NCBI GenBank assembly: GCA_964234715.1
Contig: OZ174275.1
Direction: 5' to 3' (one strand)
DNA length: 64,000 nucleotides
Source of the DNA: Podarcis melisellensis
Taxonomy: Eukaryota
Part shown: positions 1 through 13,868 of the stretch, one piece after another
Layout: every line of letters begins with the position of its first letter
Numbering within the stretch: position 1 is the first letter of the stretch
Program-made: the position numbers and the translations under genes
Notes under the pieces: generated by a model
Told to the model about the DNA's origin: nothing
Database searches by the model: none
Seen by the model: the letters and a program-made list of their open reading frames with translations, nothing else

Positions 1-799
1 ACCTCACTGCAGAGGCAGAAAAGCAGCGGAGGCGACAACAATGTATTAATTGCTTCCCGTTTTGTTCTGCACTCCCTGCGGGTCTACCTCCAAGGCAGCA
101 CTTTTGTTGCACCGATACTGTAATTTCTGAGCAACCAAAGTGCAGTATTTTTCTACTTGGGGAAGCGCATTTATTTCTTGCTGTATAGAATGTCAGAAGC
201 ACCTCTTGCCTAATGTCTGTTGATCATGTTATTGAAGGCAACACACCCTCTGTGCCCTACCACTGCTCCCCTGAGGTTGCTGCTGCTTCTGAATGGGCAT
301 TCGTTTTCTGTTTTTCATTGTTGCCATCACAGCTGGCAATTTAGGCGAAAAAGAGGCTAGCCATCCTTCCACAGCAAAGTTTTCTCCTCTCCAGCAGGGC
401 TCTGCTTCCACATTCCCTAGACTGTTAAGTCCCTGCAAAATCATTTGCTGAGAATGGTGCAGTGGAAGGAGTAGGCCTATTAAAGCAACAGGGTTTCACT
501 TAATCAAGACTGTTTTAAGTCCCATTGATTTCTGTGGTTTAGCATCGTTATGTCTGGATCGAATCCCACATCGTGAGCATTTGAGCAGTTGTGCTGAAAA
601 GCTTGAAATGGGAAAGATGGTTCACGCTGTCTAATACCTCTGTATATGCATGTACGCAAAGGTGTGGGGCGGGGGGAAAGAGGCTACTATGAACTCCCCT
701 CTTCATGCAGAGAAGCAACAGCTATTTCTCAACAACAACAAAATGTGCTGTTTTCATCAGTCCTAATATAATAGCTACCTGTTCTATAGCATTTTTAAG

Positions 800-1164
800 G
801 GACGCAGGTGGCGCTGTGGGTTAAAGCCTCAGCGCCTAGGACTTGCTGATCGAAAGGTCGGCGGTTCGAATCCCTGTGGCGGGGTGCGCTCCCGCTGCTC
901 GGTCCCAGCGCCTGCCAACCTAGCAGTTCGAAAGCACCCCCGGGTGCAAGTAGATAAGTAGGGACCGCTTACCAGCGGGAAGGTAAACGGCGTTTCCGTG
1001 TGCGGCTCTGGCTCGCCAGAGCAGCGATGTCACGCTGGCCACGTGACCCGGAAGTGTCTTCGGACAGCGCTGGCCCCTGGCCTCTTAAGTGAGATGGGCG
1101 CACAACCCCAGAGTCTGTCAAGACTGGCCCGTACGGGCAGGGGTACCTTTACCTTTACCTTTAC
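800..1164 (+). mobile_element. Full-length Sauria SINE with 16-bp target-site duplication
   Basis: tRNA-like head (GGTGGCGCTGTGG A-box, GGTTCGAATCC B-box), (ACCTTT)n tail, TSD CTATAGCATTTTTAAG at 784-799 and 1165-1180. Confidence 0.92.
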
Positions 1165-2402
1165 CTATAGCATTTTTAAGACTTTTGAAAGTGCTTCATT
1201 GGCATTACCCATACAACAATATAAATTTTCGGGATCGCAGCACTGAGGCTGAAAGATAGTGGGATTGCCTAAAAATCTATGGCCCTGGTGAGCTTTGACC
1301 TGGGTGCTTTGCAGCTCATTCTCTGGAAGTAAGAAAACCTCTAAAGCTAGAGAAATATGGACAGGGTGGATTTCTTCCCACCCCAAGGCTTCTCTAGCTT
1401 TAGAATGTGCCTTTGAAGGAGAGAAAGAAAAAAGCACAACTGAAGGGCAAAAAGGGAAACATGTGATATTAATTACTAAAATAAATATATTATCAGAGGC
1501 ATCATCTCTGACTTGCAGCAGAAGAAAAATGAAAATCAGCAGCTCGTCTAAGAGCTTTTCTTTGCCCTAACATTTGGTAGCAAGAAATGAAAAGAAAGCA
1601 GTGAAAGACAAGGGGGCATAATCTCACCCACCCTAGATTCAGTTGGGGTGTGTGTCTGTGTGTGTGTGATGTCAAGACCTCCTTTAAGTGAAATGTCTCC
1701 ACTGGGTACCAGTGTTTTCTGCCACTATAAAGCAAACAAAACAGAGGGAATGCTGAAGATAGAGATACATACTAAAGCTCTGATATCTGCTGACAGTTGA
1801 AAAGCACCAAAAATATGCCCACATCTTACAGCCATTGTCAAAGCAATAAACTTGAGGCTAAGTCATGCCAAATAAGCAAAGATCAAGAGCAACGTTCTGT
1901 TTTCTATTCTCATATATATGGATCTTTATCCACAAAGTGTCAGAAACAATCCCCACTTGTTTCTCAACTGCTGAGATAGAGAAACCTAATGTGCTGATAT
2001 GGCTTGCAACCTAAGATACGGTGACATGTTAATGAAGTTCACAGAAGGAATGTGTCTTACCCCTTCTCTCTCTGCAGCCTCTTCTAAGAGTTGGGTGTGG
2101 GGTCCTGAACAATGTGGGATACTGCACAAGGGGTTGCTAGTGGAAGTTGGAGTGGGGAATTGTCCAAAATTGAATGGAGGCACACCCAAGCTTGGGCCCT
2201 TGTCGTCTTCTCCAACAGCTCCCTTCACCCCATCCCAGATTTGTTCAGGAGGGCCACTGATCCTCTGGAGAGACTTTCTGAGAATATGGGGATAGGGGCT
2301 GCAGTGGAGAGAATGGAAGTGAAAATTTCCTTTGATGACCTTACTTAAGTTTATCTTAATCTTAGCATCATCATCATCATCATCATCAACAACAACAACA
2401 AC

Positions 2403-2610
2403 TTATTATTTTTACCCCACCCATCTGGCTGGGTTTCCCCATCCACTCTGGGCAGCTTCCAACAAAGATTAAAAATACATTAAAATGTCACACATCAAAA
2501 ACTTCCCTAAACAGGGCTGCCTTCAGATGTCTTCTAAATGTCTCTTTGACAGCTGATGGGAGGGTGTTCCACAGGGCGGGCGCCATTACCAAGAAGGCCC
2601 TCTGCCAATT
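2403..2610 (-). mobile_element. L2-type LINE 3' fragment
   Basis: Minus frame reads RAFLVMAPALWNTLPS...FRRHLKAALF, typical of an L2 ORF2 C-terminus; microsatellite tail (CAT)n(AAC)n at about 2367-2402. Confidence 0.7.
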
Positions 2611-5600
2611 AATGTAATAATTGAAATGGATAACTTCAGGGAATATCCACACACATTCCACATTGCTCATAGCACTGAGAAATAAACATCCAGATTAGGA
2701 ATTTTCAGTCTCTTCCACTCCTGTAGCTGGTTAATGTAAAGTGTTTCCTTATTAACAGAGGCCATTAAATAAGTGTCCCTTCAGCTTGGCTGTAGATTTG
2801 CCAGCTGTAATGACTCTTGCCTGGTATTCAGCCCAGAATACTCATTTCACCAACATAAATTGGTGTTAATTTTCCATTCTGGAAACCTGGATTGCACACA
2901 GTGACTTTTTTCTTAATAGAAGTGTAGGGGGGTTAGGGGCAGAGTGCCCCAGATGATGAATGGGAAGAAGACAATAGCCTCCCTTCCTCAGCTGACCAGA
3001 CAGCTGTCTCTTTGTGTTCTATGCCTGGGCGTATGCAAGAGGGTGGTGTGGTTGCACCCACCACTGGTATCTGGCCTTGGAGGATTGGCCCAAGGGTGAA
3101 TGTTATCCTCAAGTCACCTCAGGACTAGAAGGGCCTTCCTTGGCAAGGAGATCCAGAGTTTGAGGGCAATCAATGAGAATACCACCTATCAAATTCCTAC
3201 CCAAACACTTCAGGTGTTGATGGAACAGAAAGAAGGGGCGCTCTCAGAGTTCTTACAACCCAGACAGGCTTGCATGGGAGAGCACAATCTTCTAGATAAC
3301 CTTATAAGTGGTGCACTTGAGTCCAGAAAGCAAAATGAGCTTTGCCCTGTATTTACATGCTCAGTCTGAGAGCTGGCCTGAAGGGAGTTATACTGCGGAG
3401 TCCCAACTCATATGTTCTTTAATAGCATTCCATTTTTTAAGTAGCTGTTCCTGGTTCCATTTATGATAATATTTTAGTAGAAGAGGGTGGCTAATAAAAA
3501 TGGGTAGTTATATGAACATTGGAAATTATGGCAGTAATGCACTTTTTAAAATAGCTTTTCCAAGCTGTAGCATAAACTAGCTTAGACAGTTGACATTAGA
3601 GCTGAAATAACATATATCATGTGCTACCACGATGAAGCATATATGAGCAGTGAGGAACAGATCTCTGCAAGGCCTGCTTCACAGCACAAGATAATATTTT
3701 ATTTCATCTTTCCACCTATCAGAAATATATATTTTTCATGAATGTACCCAAGTCTTTTTCACTCTGCTATTTATTCTCAGCAGAGAGTATACAGCTACAT
3801 TTATTTTGTGTCAGAGGGAGATATCAATTGTTTGTTATTTCTGTTCATTGCAAATTTAAGTAATATCTAATGTACAATGCCCTGATTTATCGACTGACAT
3901 TTGAGTCAGAGATACATGTTTAGAGAAAATTGTGAATCTCACCCTGTGAAAGCTCTCAGAACAGTGGTGTAGGTGTGGTCCTGAATTATCCCTCCCTCCA
4001 AAGTTTCAGATTCAGTGTTCAATAAATGGTATAGGATATGAATTTTCCCCAAAATATGTTGGTCTGAGGCACCAGCTGTCTTCGGTGGACTGGCATGCTT
4101 GCTTATGAGAATATCCAGTGAGAACAAAGGCTGTGATGTTCTCATATCGAATTTAATTATCACATGATGGTAACTGCCAATGAGACCTGGCAGAGAGTTG
4201 GTATAGAACAAATGGAAACATTTTCTCTATTAACATGAAGCTCGGGAATATTGAATGTCTGTTTCTTTCATACTGGTAAGTAAGGTTTTCAGTTTAAATG
4301 CAGACATCATGATAATTGCATCCAGACCTATATATTTTGGCTTCATATACTTCAACAAGACTTGCTCCTTGTGTAGTATTTCAGCCCCGGTTAAATTACG
4401 CTAGGATGATTTAGTAAGATGGCCATTAAAAGCAACAGCTAAAACAATTTTAGAATAATTAGCTTTTATTTGGCTAGGTTGAATAGTGCTAGGTTGTTTT
4501 ATTTGGCAATTAGAAAGAGCAGGTTATTAAAAAGCACCTAATCTATGAACATTTATATCCGCATGTTAAAATGATACTGTAGATAAAACATGTTAATAAA
4601 AGTATATTTTTCCTAACAATGATGGTTGTTGTTGTTTTTTAAATGCAGAGTGCTGTTGTAACTTGACTAATGAAAACAGTTTCCCATGAATATTAAATAA
4701 GTAAATGGAGGCCATGGAAGAACTGGGCCTGGGTCCAACGTGTGTGTGTGTGTGTTTCTGTAGAATCCAAGTATGTAATAGCACTTCTAAGCTTAACCAT
4801 CCAACCAACCATGGCAGCCGATATGTTCTGTGTAAACTTATTATTACAGGACCTTTAGAAGGAGGCTCTGCTTTAGCACAGAGCTTTATGAGGTGGGGGG
4901 ATGAATGGAGAGCTGATAGAATTTTACATGCAGGGCTGAGTGAGTGCAGGAAAGCCACAGTAAGCTAGTGGGCACCAAACCCAGGTTCTTGAGAATCTCA
5001 GCTTTTGTTTATCTTTCTCCATTTTAAAAAGAAAGTCTTTAGCCCTTATAGTCATGAATATACACTTGAAAGAGTGCAGTGCTAACTAGGGGTGGTGGTG
5101 GCAGGGGGTTTCTTGCCAACTCTACAGCCCCGCTGGCCAGGGTGGAATGTGGGTGGAGGTGGTGGTAGTTCTCCACTGTCTTGTGGTGCCAACTCCAGGC
5201 TAGTGAAGCAGAGGGGCCTGGATTAAACCCTTTACTAGGAAATGGGATGGCTCTTTATCCTACCCATGACTTATGACAACTTCTGTCAGCAGCAACACTG
5301 CTGGTGGGCAGGGTGTGCTCTTCTTTCCACCGTCACAGATCAGGGGTTAGCATTGCTTTGAAGATATGTGAGCAAAGTCTGCAGAAACACTGTAAAACTG
5401 AATCGGGTGCTGAATTTCTAGTGTGGTGGAGGTTGAAGCTACAGACTTGGGGAGAATCTGCTGTGGATTTTCAATGTACATGTAGGTTTGCTCTCTGTGC
5501 AGCTCGAGAAAATCCCCGTTAAAGTATTGAATAGGCTTGTATGGAACTCAGTTGTGTAGGCAGATACAAGATGAAGCCAAAGAACATTGGTGTTAACGTT

Positions 5601-6299
5601 TCCTGCCTTTCATGCAACATGTAGCTCTTTGGATGAGTGACACTTGGCAAGAAACTGACAGCTAGAGAGTTTATTCGGAAAGAATGTATGGCTTTGCTAG
5701 GACCTAAAGTACCACAGCAGTGATTAAGTGATTACTCCAGACATCATACATTGACGGAGTGCCAAGACCTGACAGGTGGCAGGTTGTAATCACAATGTAA
5801 ACAGCTGCTAAACTAGCACATCTTCGCTTGTTGTTGCAAAGATGTCGGCTTTCTTAGTGCATCTGTTAACCTCAGAAAAGGTAGAAGGACAGGTGCTTGA
5901 GAGAATGCAGAAATACTGGGAATTACTGTATTCCAATCCTTTTCTCATAGCATAAAGGCCTTTGAGTATGTCACACAACTGAATAAAAATAATCCAACTG
6001 AATCCAGATCTGTTGTATAAGGCACCAGTTAACAGTTCTACTGAAATGTCTTCTAACCGTTCCAACTATGATTCCATGGTATGATAAGAAGCTAACTTTG
6101 TTAATTTGTTCATGACACTAATACAAATATTTTGCAGCAACTGAAATGCTGATGCAAGACTGAAATGCTGCTGCTGTCACTATTTTGTTGTGTTGTTGTC
6201 ATTATTAATAATGAGACTGCTTGAGTATCTTCACAGGTGATGGCAGAGAACGGATGGAAAATCAGTTTTTGTTAATAGCCAAATATCTTCTCTTTGCAG

Positions 6300-6408
6300 G
6301 TATAACACCTTACCAAGCAGAAGAACACTTAAAAATTCAAGATTAGTGAGTAAAAAGGATGATGTCCATGTCTGCATCATGTGTTTACGTGCCATCATGA
6401 ATTACCAG
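6300..6408 (+). CDS. FMNL2: FMNL2 coding exon (GBD/FH3 region); first exon visible in window
   Basis: ttgcag|G...CAG|gtaacg; encodes (R)[36 protein letters not shown], recognisable FMNL2 sequence. Confidence 0.96.
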
Positions 6409-6987
6409 GTAACGAAACTTTAGTTCTTTTGGTAACTTATTTCAATGGGATGGATTGTGTTCCTTCTCTCAGTAAAGGAAGCAGGTGTCCATGCTTATAA
6501 AAATGTAGTAGGCTGAGTCATGTGGGCACAAAATATTATGTAAAGCACTATAACTGAAAGCTATGGAGAGAAAACAAAAATAGTGGTTATCCCTGTGACT
6601 CCCACTACTGATAATTATTAAAGGCTTGTCTCTACGTCATACTCATAGTAGACTGAAATAAATAGACGTAGGTTTTCCATATCCATTGATTTAATTGGGC
6701 CTACTAGGAGTATGACATAGTAATATAAAACATGGTACGTTTTTGGCAGATCAACCAAGCATTCTGCAACTGAAACTGGGTAAAAAAGTTGGCATTAATT
6801 CCTGACACAGTCAGGATGCATTCTTGGTGGTATTAATAGTCAATTGGTAGGGGGAAACAAAGCAGACTTGGATTGACCCTGAGCTGAATTGGACAACCTA
6901 CAAACTGCTTTGGATTAAGGTGCGTTGCTTTCTAAACACCAAATCAGAATTCAGACTGAATCTTGTGGTCAGTCGTATTTAGATGTA

Positions 6988-7255
6988 TAGGGTTGCCACG
7001 TGTCCTCTTTTTCCATGACAAGTCCTCTTTTTCAGGGTAAAATTTCTTTCCGGGTAGATTTTTTAAATTTGCCAAAATATATCTGGCTATACTTTCTGGA
7101 TGAGACAAAGACTTAACTGGAGGTTAAAGACTTGCTTTCCTCTTCTCTTCTTCTGCCCCCCTCAGCAATATATCACAGTCTCTATAGCCTACCTATAGTA
7201 GGGATATTTAAAATGAGAGTCGTCATTTTTTGCTCCTCAAAATATGGCAACCCTA
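6988..7255. mobile_element. Non-autonomous DNA transposon (hAT-like termini)
   Basis: Perfect 11-bp TIR TAGGGTTGCCA / TGGCAACCCTA; ATGTA on both flanks; no clean 8-bp TSD. Confidence 0.55.
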
Positions 7256-7450
7256 ATGTACAAACATCATATAGATACACTTGCCAAAAAGCCTGGATTG
7301 GCTCTAATTCCCAGTTTAATTAAGTTACATTCAGTAGCAAACTTGCACTCACTATCAAGAAATGTGTGAAATTGCCCAGGTTTGTGGATTTTTAATAAAG
7401 ATAATAATGCATTCCAAACACTGAACTCTTATTTCCAATTTCTGTTTTAG

Positions 7451-7527
7451 TACGGGTTCAATATGGTCATGTCGCACCCCCATGCTGTTAATGAAATTGC
7501 ACTAAGCCTGAACAACAAGAATCCCAG
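7451..7527 (+). CDS. FMNL2: FMNL2 coding exon
   Basis: ttttag|TAC...AG|gtaaaa; YGFNMVMSHPHAVNEIALSLNNKNP(R). Confidence 0.96.
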
Positions 7528-7889
7528 GTAAAAGGCTCCTCTTTTGTGTGGGAAATTTTGTGTGTGGTGATGATTAGTTTTTCCTGCTTGGAAGTTGCTC
7601 TGTGAGAAGCCCCTCATTTGCATATGCTATAGTCCCTGATTAATTCCTCCTTCAGCTGGTTTGCTTTAATCTAAAGTTGCCATCGCTTAACTTGACACAA
7701 ACAACTCTATGACCCGCCGAGGTACTGAGCATTTGCAACATCTTGCTTGAAGCTAATAGCAGGGTCATTCTTTTGAAGCAGCAGCTGAATATTAAAGAAA
7801 TATTATTCTCAGATGCCGTCACATCCATCTTGCGAAAGCTGAGTCATCACATTGCTCTCATTGATTTCTCTCTTCCTTCCTTTGCACAG

Positions 7890-7983
7890 AACAAAGGCGC
7901 TGGTCTTAGAACTGTTGGCAGCAGTTTGTCTTGTAAGAGGAGGGCACGAAATCATTTTGTCTGCCTTTGATAATTTTAAAGAG
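7890..7983 (+). CDS. FMNL2: FMNL2 coding exon
   Basis: gcacag|A...GAG|gtaggt; [31 protein letters not shown]. Confidence 0.96.
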
Positions 7984-9649
7984 GTAGGTTGCTCTTGTTT
8001 CATCAGAGATTGCCATGTGCCTTGTACAGCTGCTTTGGATAAGGTCTGCCGGAGCTCAGCGGCTCATCTTTATTTCATGAGGCCCAGCCTGAGACTAATG
8101 TAGCTGTTCATACATGTGCATCATGGGGACACATTTCAGCATGCTTATCTCATGCCGCTTCTGGTGTGGTGAACATTAGCCTCCATGTGCAAATTAGTTT
8201 GTGACACTAGTTCACACTGAATCTAGAAGCAGGATCTTAATTAATGTCACATCGCATGGTTCATAATGCATAGTATCAGCATCAAGCTTTTATTTCGGTC
8301 ACAGACCAGCATAAGATAAAACTTACGGATAAAGTGAACACTTAAGACTTAAAACAAGTAAGGGATAAAAACTGGTAGTTAGAAGGTGATTATATCATAC
8401 ATAACGTAAAAAGATAAAAACAAGGACAAATGGTTAAAAGCAACTATAAAGAAGGGAGTGTGAAGGAGCACAGGTCTTGCATTTTGGGTCTATAATACAT
8501 AACATTGGCTCACAACCCCCTGCAATGCAGGATTATGCAGCTGTCTAACTTGCAACCTTGGCCATTATCAGCACCATGCTGCAACTGAGCCAGATCCTAC
8601 AGTTCCATGACTCTAAGCAGTCTTATCTATTTCTCCAACCTTGCAAATAAAATCCTTGACCCATCTGACTGATCTTTCCTCTGCACTTCTCCCTCCCCCT
8701 CCTTTCTTTCCAGCACCCTCTCCCTTATTTTGCCTCACTTCCTTCACTGGTAGGGATTTTATTTTCAAAACAAGCCAACATGTTTTGCCCCACTGTTGTT
8801 CAAAAACCTTCAGAGGTCAAATTGACAAAAACAGCCCACAGAGTTCTCGGGTAAATATCTTTCTCATTCACATTAGCTGTCGCCAGTTAAATGATAATTG
8901 GCCAAAACACATTGGGCTGTTTTGTATATGAAACCCACATATTTTTAGCACATTGAGTTAGGTTTCTTTTAATTTGGGGGTCTGTAGTCCAGAAACATCT
9001 GGAGGGCCCCAGGTTCCCCATCCCAGGTCTAAATAGATCAACCTAATTAGCAGGTAACATTGCGAAACATATACTTTACCATTTTATTATTAAATTTCCG
9101 GTAGAATTGTGAACTTGGAAGCCCTCTATGGAGATAGTAGTAGGACATTGACTGGTCCATAGATGGCTGTGGAGTCACAGAGAAGCATGAGGGATGTAGT
9201 AGTGTGAGTAGAACCCCTCCCCCCGCCAACAGTGCTTTTGGAGTAAGAAATGGAAATACCTGGAAAATACACATGAAAACATTAAACAGCATGATGTCCA
9301 GTGGAACTGTGACTGAACTTGAGCAGCTGCTGACAGAGCAGGATGCTTCCCCAGCATCTCTTGCATCCATCCAAGAAATACACATTTAAAATTTATTTCC
9401 TCCATTTTTATCCCTCTCTTCGAACTCGAAGGGTTCCCAGAACTGCATGCAAATGAGAGGTTAAACCAAGAATAAATGCACTAAATAATTATAGTGTGTA
9501 GTTATTATAGGGTATAGTAATAGGCAATGATTTTGAATGGGCAGAACAGTAAAACCAACTATTAAAGCCAGAGCCAAGTTAAGTTTAAGACTGTTAAAAC
9601 AGCGGCTAAAAAAAGAAGAAGAAGTTAAAGTCATAAATGCAGGCCAAAC

Positions 9650-9651
<2 letters not shown>

Positions 9652-9684
<33 letters not shown>
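9652..9684. repeat. (CA)n microsatellite
   Basis: Direct inspection. Confidence 0.9.
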
Positions 9685-9686
<2 letters not shown>

Positions 9687-11557
9687 CACTCAATCCAGGA
9701 TCATTTCAAAATGGAGGGTAAGCTAGAGTCTTCAGTCTAAGGAGGGAGTACTCTGTGACAAGCTCCTGTCAAATTGCCTTTTAAGAATGAAGACAGAAGC
9801 TGCTCATTCCCTTTTGTGGGACAGAGAGGTCTGAGCTAGGTAGGGAATATATGAACTGGTGAGTGGAAAGGAGGTGTGTGTTTGAGGCTGTGCCTGAATG
9901 CTGTGGGGAGGAGGCATAAGAGGCGAATGTGCGAGAGAGATTAGAGTTCTTCTCTGCTGCCATTTGTTGTTTCCATTCGGGGCAGAAGGACCTCCTGTGA
10001 TCTCATTAGCGAATTGTGACAAAGGCTTGAATCTGCAGCATATTTCCATGTACCAGCTCATTTTTAAGACACACACACACACAGACACACACACTTGGTT
10101 TTTGCTAAGTTTAGGCAGCAGTGCATAATGAATACATTCCTTTTGGAATGCATCTGAGAACCGAGCTGTCGTGGTTCATATAAAAATAATGATTCACCTG
10201 TTTCAAAGGATATAGAAGAGCCTTTGGCACTAAAGGGATTTTTTGTGCTTTCTGTTTTGTCTGCTCTTGTTTCCTATACTGTTCTTTCATTTTAGTGCAA
10301 TCCTCACCATATCTACGCAGACATTATTCGCACTGTATTCAATGGGTCTTTCTCCCAGGGGAGTGGAATTAGGATTGTAGCCTTAGTTGTCCTTGAGAAG
10401 AGCTATGCTTCATCCAGTTTGAATACCAGCATGCTCTTTCCCCCAGTTCCAGGCTTAATAAATGACGTTCATTACAATCCCAGCACATTGTTTGGCCACT
10501 GTGTGTCAAAAGAAAGTTCCTCTGCACTACATTAAAATGATATATGAAGGTCTGTTATCTGATATTTACGAGCAGCTAAATGGGACAGGAAGTCAGGCAG
10601 ACATATTGAGCTGGTTCCAGTAGTTTAATCTAGTTTAATGCAGCCTCTAAAACATCCTGGGATACCAAGTTTATAGATATATTGCAGTTACATTAAAACT
10701 GGAGTATGGGTTGATCTTCATTTTTTAAATTTAATTTTTATCATTATTATTTTGTACAGAACAACTCTTCTGAAGAGCAGCTATACAATATAAATGGATG
10801 GATGAGTCAGGATTGTTAGCATTCTCTTCAGTTTAAGGGAGGCTGTATTTCTCTCTTTGTGTTATATGGCATCAAATTTGGTTTTATTTATAAGAAATGA
10901 ATTGTAGCTACCATCCGTCATGCAATAAATTGTCTGACAGTCATATTTCAGACTCAACTCTCTCTCTTCCCCCCCCTTCCAGGTTGGTTTGTTTGCTTAT
11001 CATGTTATACCTCAGCCTTCCTCCCGAAGGAGCCCAGGGTGGCAAACAACAAAAACGCAAAATAACACAATTAAATTTTAATTTTTTTAAAAAAATGTTT
11101 GAAAACATTTAAAAGCATCCAGATATCCTAAACAGCAAATGATTTCCAAATTCCCAGGAACAGTATCTTCCAGACATCAAATGCCTGGATAAGCAGGGAT
11201 GCTTTTAAATTCCTCCTGAATGTTAATACTAAAGGCAGACAGGCTCATCTCTCTAGGGGAGGGCTTTCTGTAAATGGGGAACTGCTACCGAGAAGGCCCT
11301 GTTGTGGACCAGCCTAATGCAGTCTCACAAATTGCCTTGAAAGCTTGAAGAGAGCTCTACTTGTAGAAGGAGCATGCTTAATTCTGCCACTTTTATTTGG
11401 GAGGAAAAGCAGCCATACAGAAATCAATGTCTGCGCTCTTATTTGCCCCCAAAGTACAGATGGAAGGGAGTATTTATGGTCAGGAAACCAGATCAATGCC
11501 AACACAAATCAAGAATGTGGCCCTGGATTGGGGCTTCATAGGGCTGGATTCTTTTCA

Positions 11558-11558
<1 letters not shown>

Positions 11559-11613
<55 letters not shown>
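11559..11613. repeat. (AAC)n microsatellite
   Basis: About 18 units by direct inspection. Confidence 0.95.
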
Positions 11614-13793
11614 GTGATGGTGCTAAACATGCCCCTCATCGTGTTCTTCGGTTAGTCTGGCCGAGGCTACAATTCTAAAATATGCTCACTTGGAGAAAAA
11701 AATCCATTGAAATCAATGGGGCTTACCAACAAGTAAATGCAGTGTTATGGCATCAGAATTTTGGGCCTGTGATAGAAAGCTGTGAAGGAGTTATTTTTAT
11801 TACTTTTTAGTGAGCTTGAGGATCAGTGCTTGGCAAGTGAACTGTGGCTGTTTATTTTTCATTACTTTCCCACCTGCAGGGTCCATTGTTGAACCCCAGA
11901 CTCTTACAGAGATTAATAGAGGTTCAAATTTATGTATCGTAACTCAGGAGGAGAATTTTATTGCAAATAAGAAGCCAGCTTCATTTTTACTGGTCAATTC
12001 AGCTATTTAATTTTATAAGTAACAGCAAGACGCGTTGGAAAACATGAGCCAATCGTCTTTGCCTGGAGATGTAATCTGCAAATGATGTTAGCCCTCTTGG
12101 TGTGTGTATTATTTTTATTCCAAAGTATTTTCAGCCTAGTAAACATTAAACAACCATTTACTTAAACAGAAACTTGCAAGAAAACTGGTCTTTTGTTCCC
12201 CCAACAAACTGTAAGCTCGCAATGCCAGTCTGGAAGAAACACCCTCCCAAAATAGTACTACCCTGGAGTGAAATGGGTTGATTACACTAGACCATTGTAC
12301 TAAGAAGAAAAAGAAGTCATTGTGACCTCTGGGTAGTGGGAGAAAAAGAAAGAAAGCAGAACAATTAAGAGAGTGTGACTTGAAGGTTTAAACGCGTAAG
12401 CATATTAAAAGTTAGATCATATTCATGGTTGCCTCCTGATTCCCCTGCCTTAAGGAGTTCATTTTGAATTGAATTCTGTGTCTTATTCTCGCATTTTCAC
12501 TTAACTCAAAAGTTCAGCAGAGTCCCAGGGTTTGATCTGCCTGTTCCAGTTGCCAATTGGCAAGTGTTCCGCAATTTTTAGAGCAGCTTGCCAGATGGAT
12601 TGCCCTGATTGTGTAGAGAATTTCTGTGCCACCATCAGAAATCCCTAGCAGTGACTGGGATGAGCCACAGTTGTCCACCTGATCGGAGCTCCTGTGAGCT
12701 CCAGCTGAAAAAAAGAAAACCCTGGTCTAACACAGAAGACCCCTCCTTCCTCAGTTCCATGATTGTGCTCTAAGCTCTGCTTCCTCTGTAGTGCAGGAAT
12801 GGGAAAAGTTTTGTCCTGTAGATGCTGGTCAACTCTAACGTCCAACACCGCTAGCAAGCCTGATCAATTGCCAGGGTTAATGGGAGCTGTAGTTCAGCAG
12901 TATTTGGAGGGTCCTATGGTCTCCACACCTGCTGTAGTATTAACAATATGATTGACTCTGACATCATCAGTTATTATTTTAATAGGACATGATTGAAGGA
13001 TCCTAAGTAAGTCTAGGCCTACATGCTGCTCGTTTTGTATCACACAAATCATACATGCTGTAGCAAGATCAATGGTCATAATGAGCTTATGCTAATGGCA
13101 AAGCTTTTCACTAGGTTTACCAACTTCTTTTTTTTACTGCTTCTATACCTTTCACAGCAACCTAACCTGTTATAATTATACTGGTGAACAGTTTCCCTGT
13201 CATAGTTTCAGTGGTTTAATTTCTCTGTGTTAAGGTGTTGTTAAAACCCAAAGGAGCAAAGCAATGAGAAAGTTGCTATTATGAGGATTAACTTGCCTTT
13301 GTAGATGCAAGAGCAAATAAAAGAGGCACCAAATTTGGTTACTAAACATGACCCCACCCCAGTTAAATTAAATAGTGATTTTCCATGTGCTTTTGTATTT
13401 TAGAAGCTTATAGTGGTTAAGGTTGCCATATTTCACAACAGTGAAAATCTGGACAGAAAAGTTGTTGAACATTTTTTGGGCAAAGTTGTTGAGCTGTTTT
13501 TGGCAACATCGCGCAAAAGAAAACAAATGTTTTTGAGTTATTTTAAAGGAAAATCGCCAAAGGCAACACCGGGTTGCCATATGTCTGGATTTTCACGGAC
13601 ATTTTAGCAATTTCTGCCCAGACACTACTTCTGACTGCAGTATTCTGGATATGTGGTATCAGAATATCTACTTGACTAGTTCACAACTCCCATTTATTTT
13701 GCACGTTACATGCCAAGAGGTATTCAGCGGTGTTTTTAGCACTCCCTCTAGTGTACAGATGTATAACGGAACCTCTCTGCAATTCCTTTCCAG

Positions 13794-13868
13794 GTTTGTG
13801 GGGAAAAGCAGAGGTTTGAGAAGCTGATGGAACATTTTCGAAATGAAGATAACAATATAGATTTCATG
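13794..13868 (+). CDS. FMNL2: FMNL2 coding exon (FH3)
   Basis: ttccag|GTT...ATG|gtgagt; [25 protein letters not shown]. Confidence 0.96.

Noticed and set aside
300-480. Good-looking acceptor (ttgccatcacag, about 332) as an extra FMNL2 exon
   Set aside because: The required phase-2 frame hits TAG within 9 codons, there is no convincing donor, and the peptide is not recognisable.
11345-11678. Poly-Q and poly-N ORFs
   Set aside because: Translation of an intronic (AAC)n microsatellite with no splice or coding support; the same applies to the EGRK repeat ORFs at 33.2 kb and the poly-Y/L ORFs at 48.6 kb.
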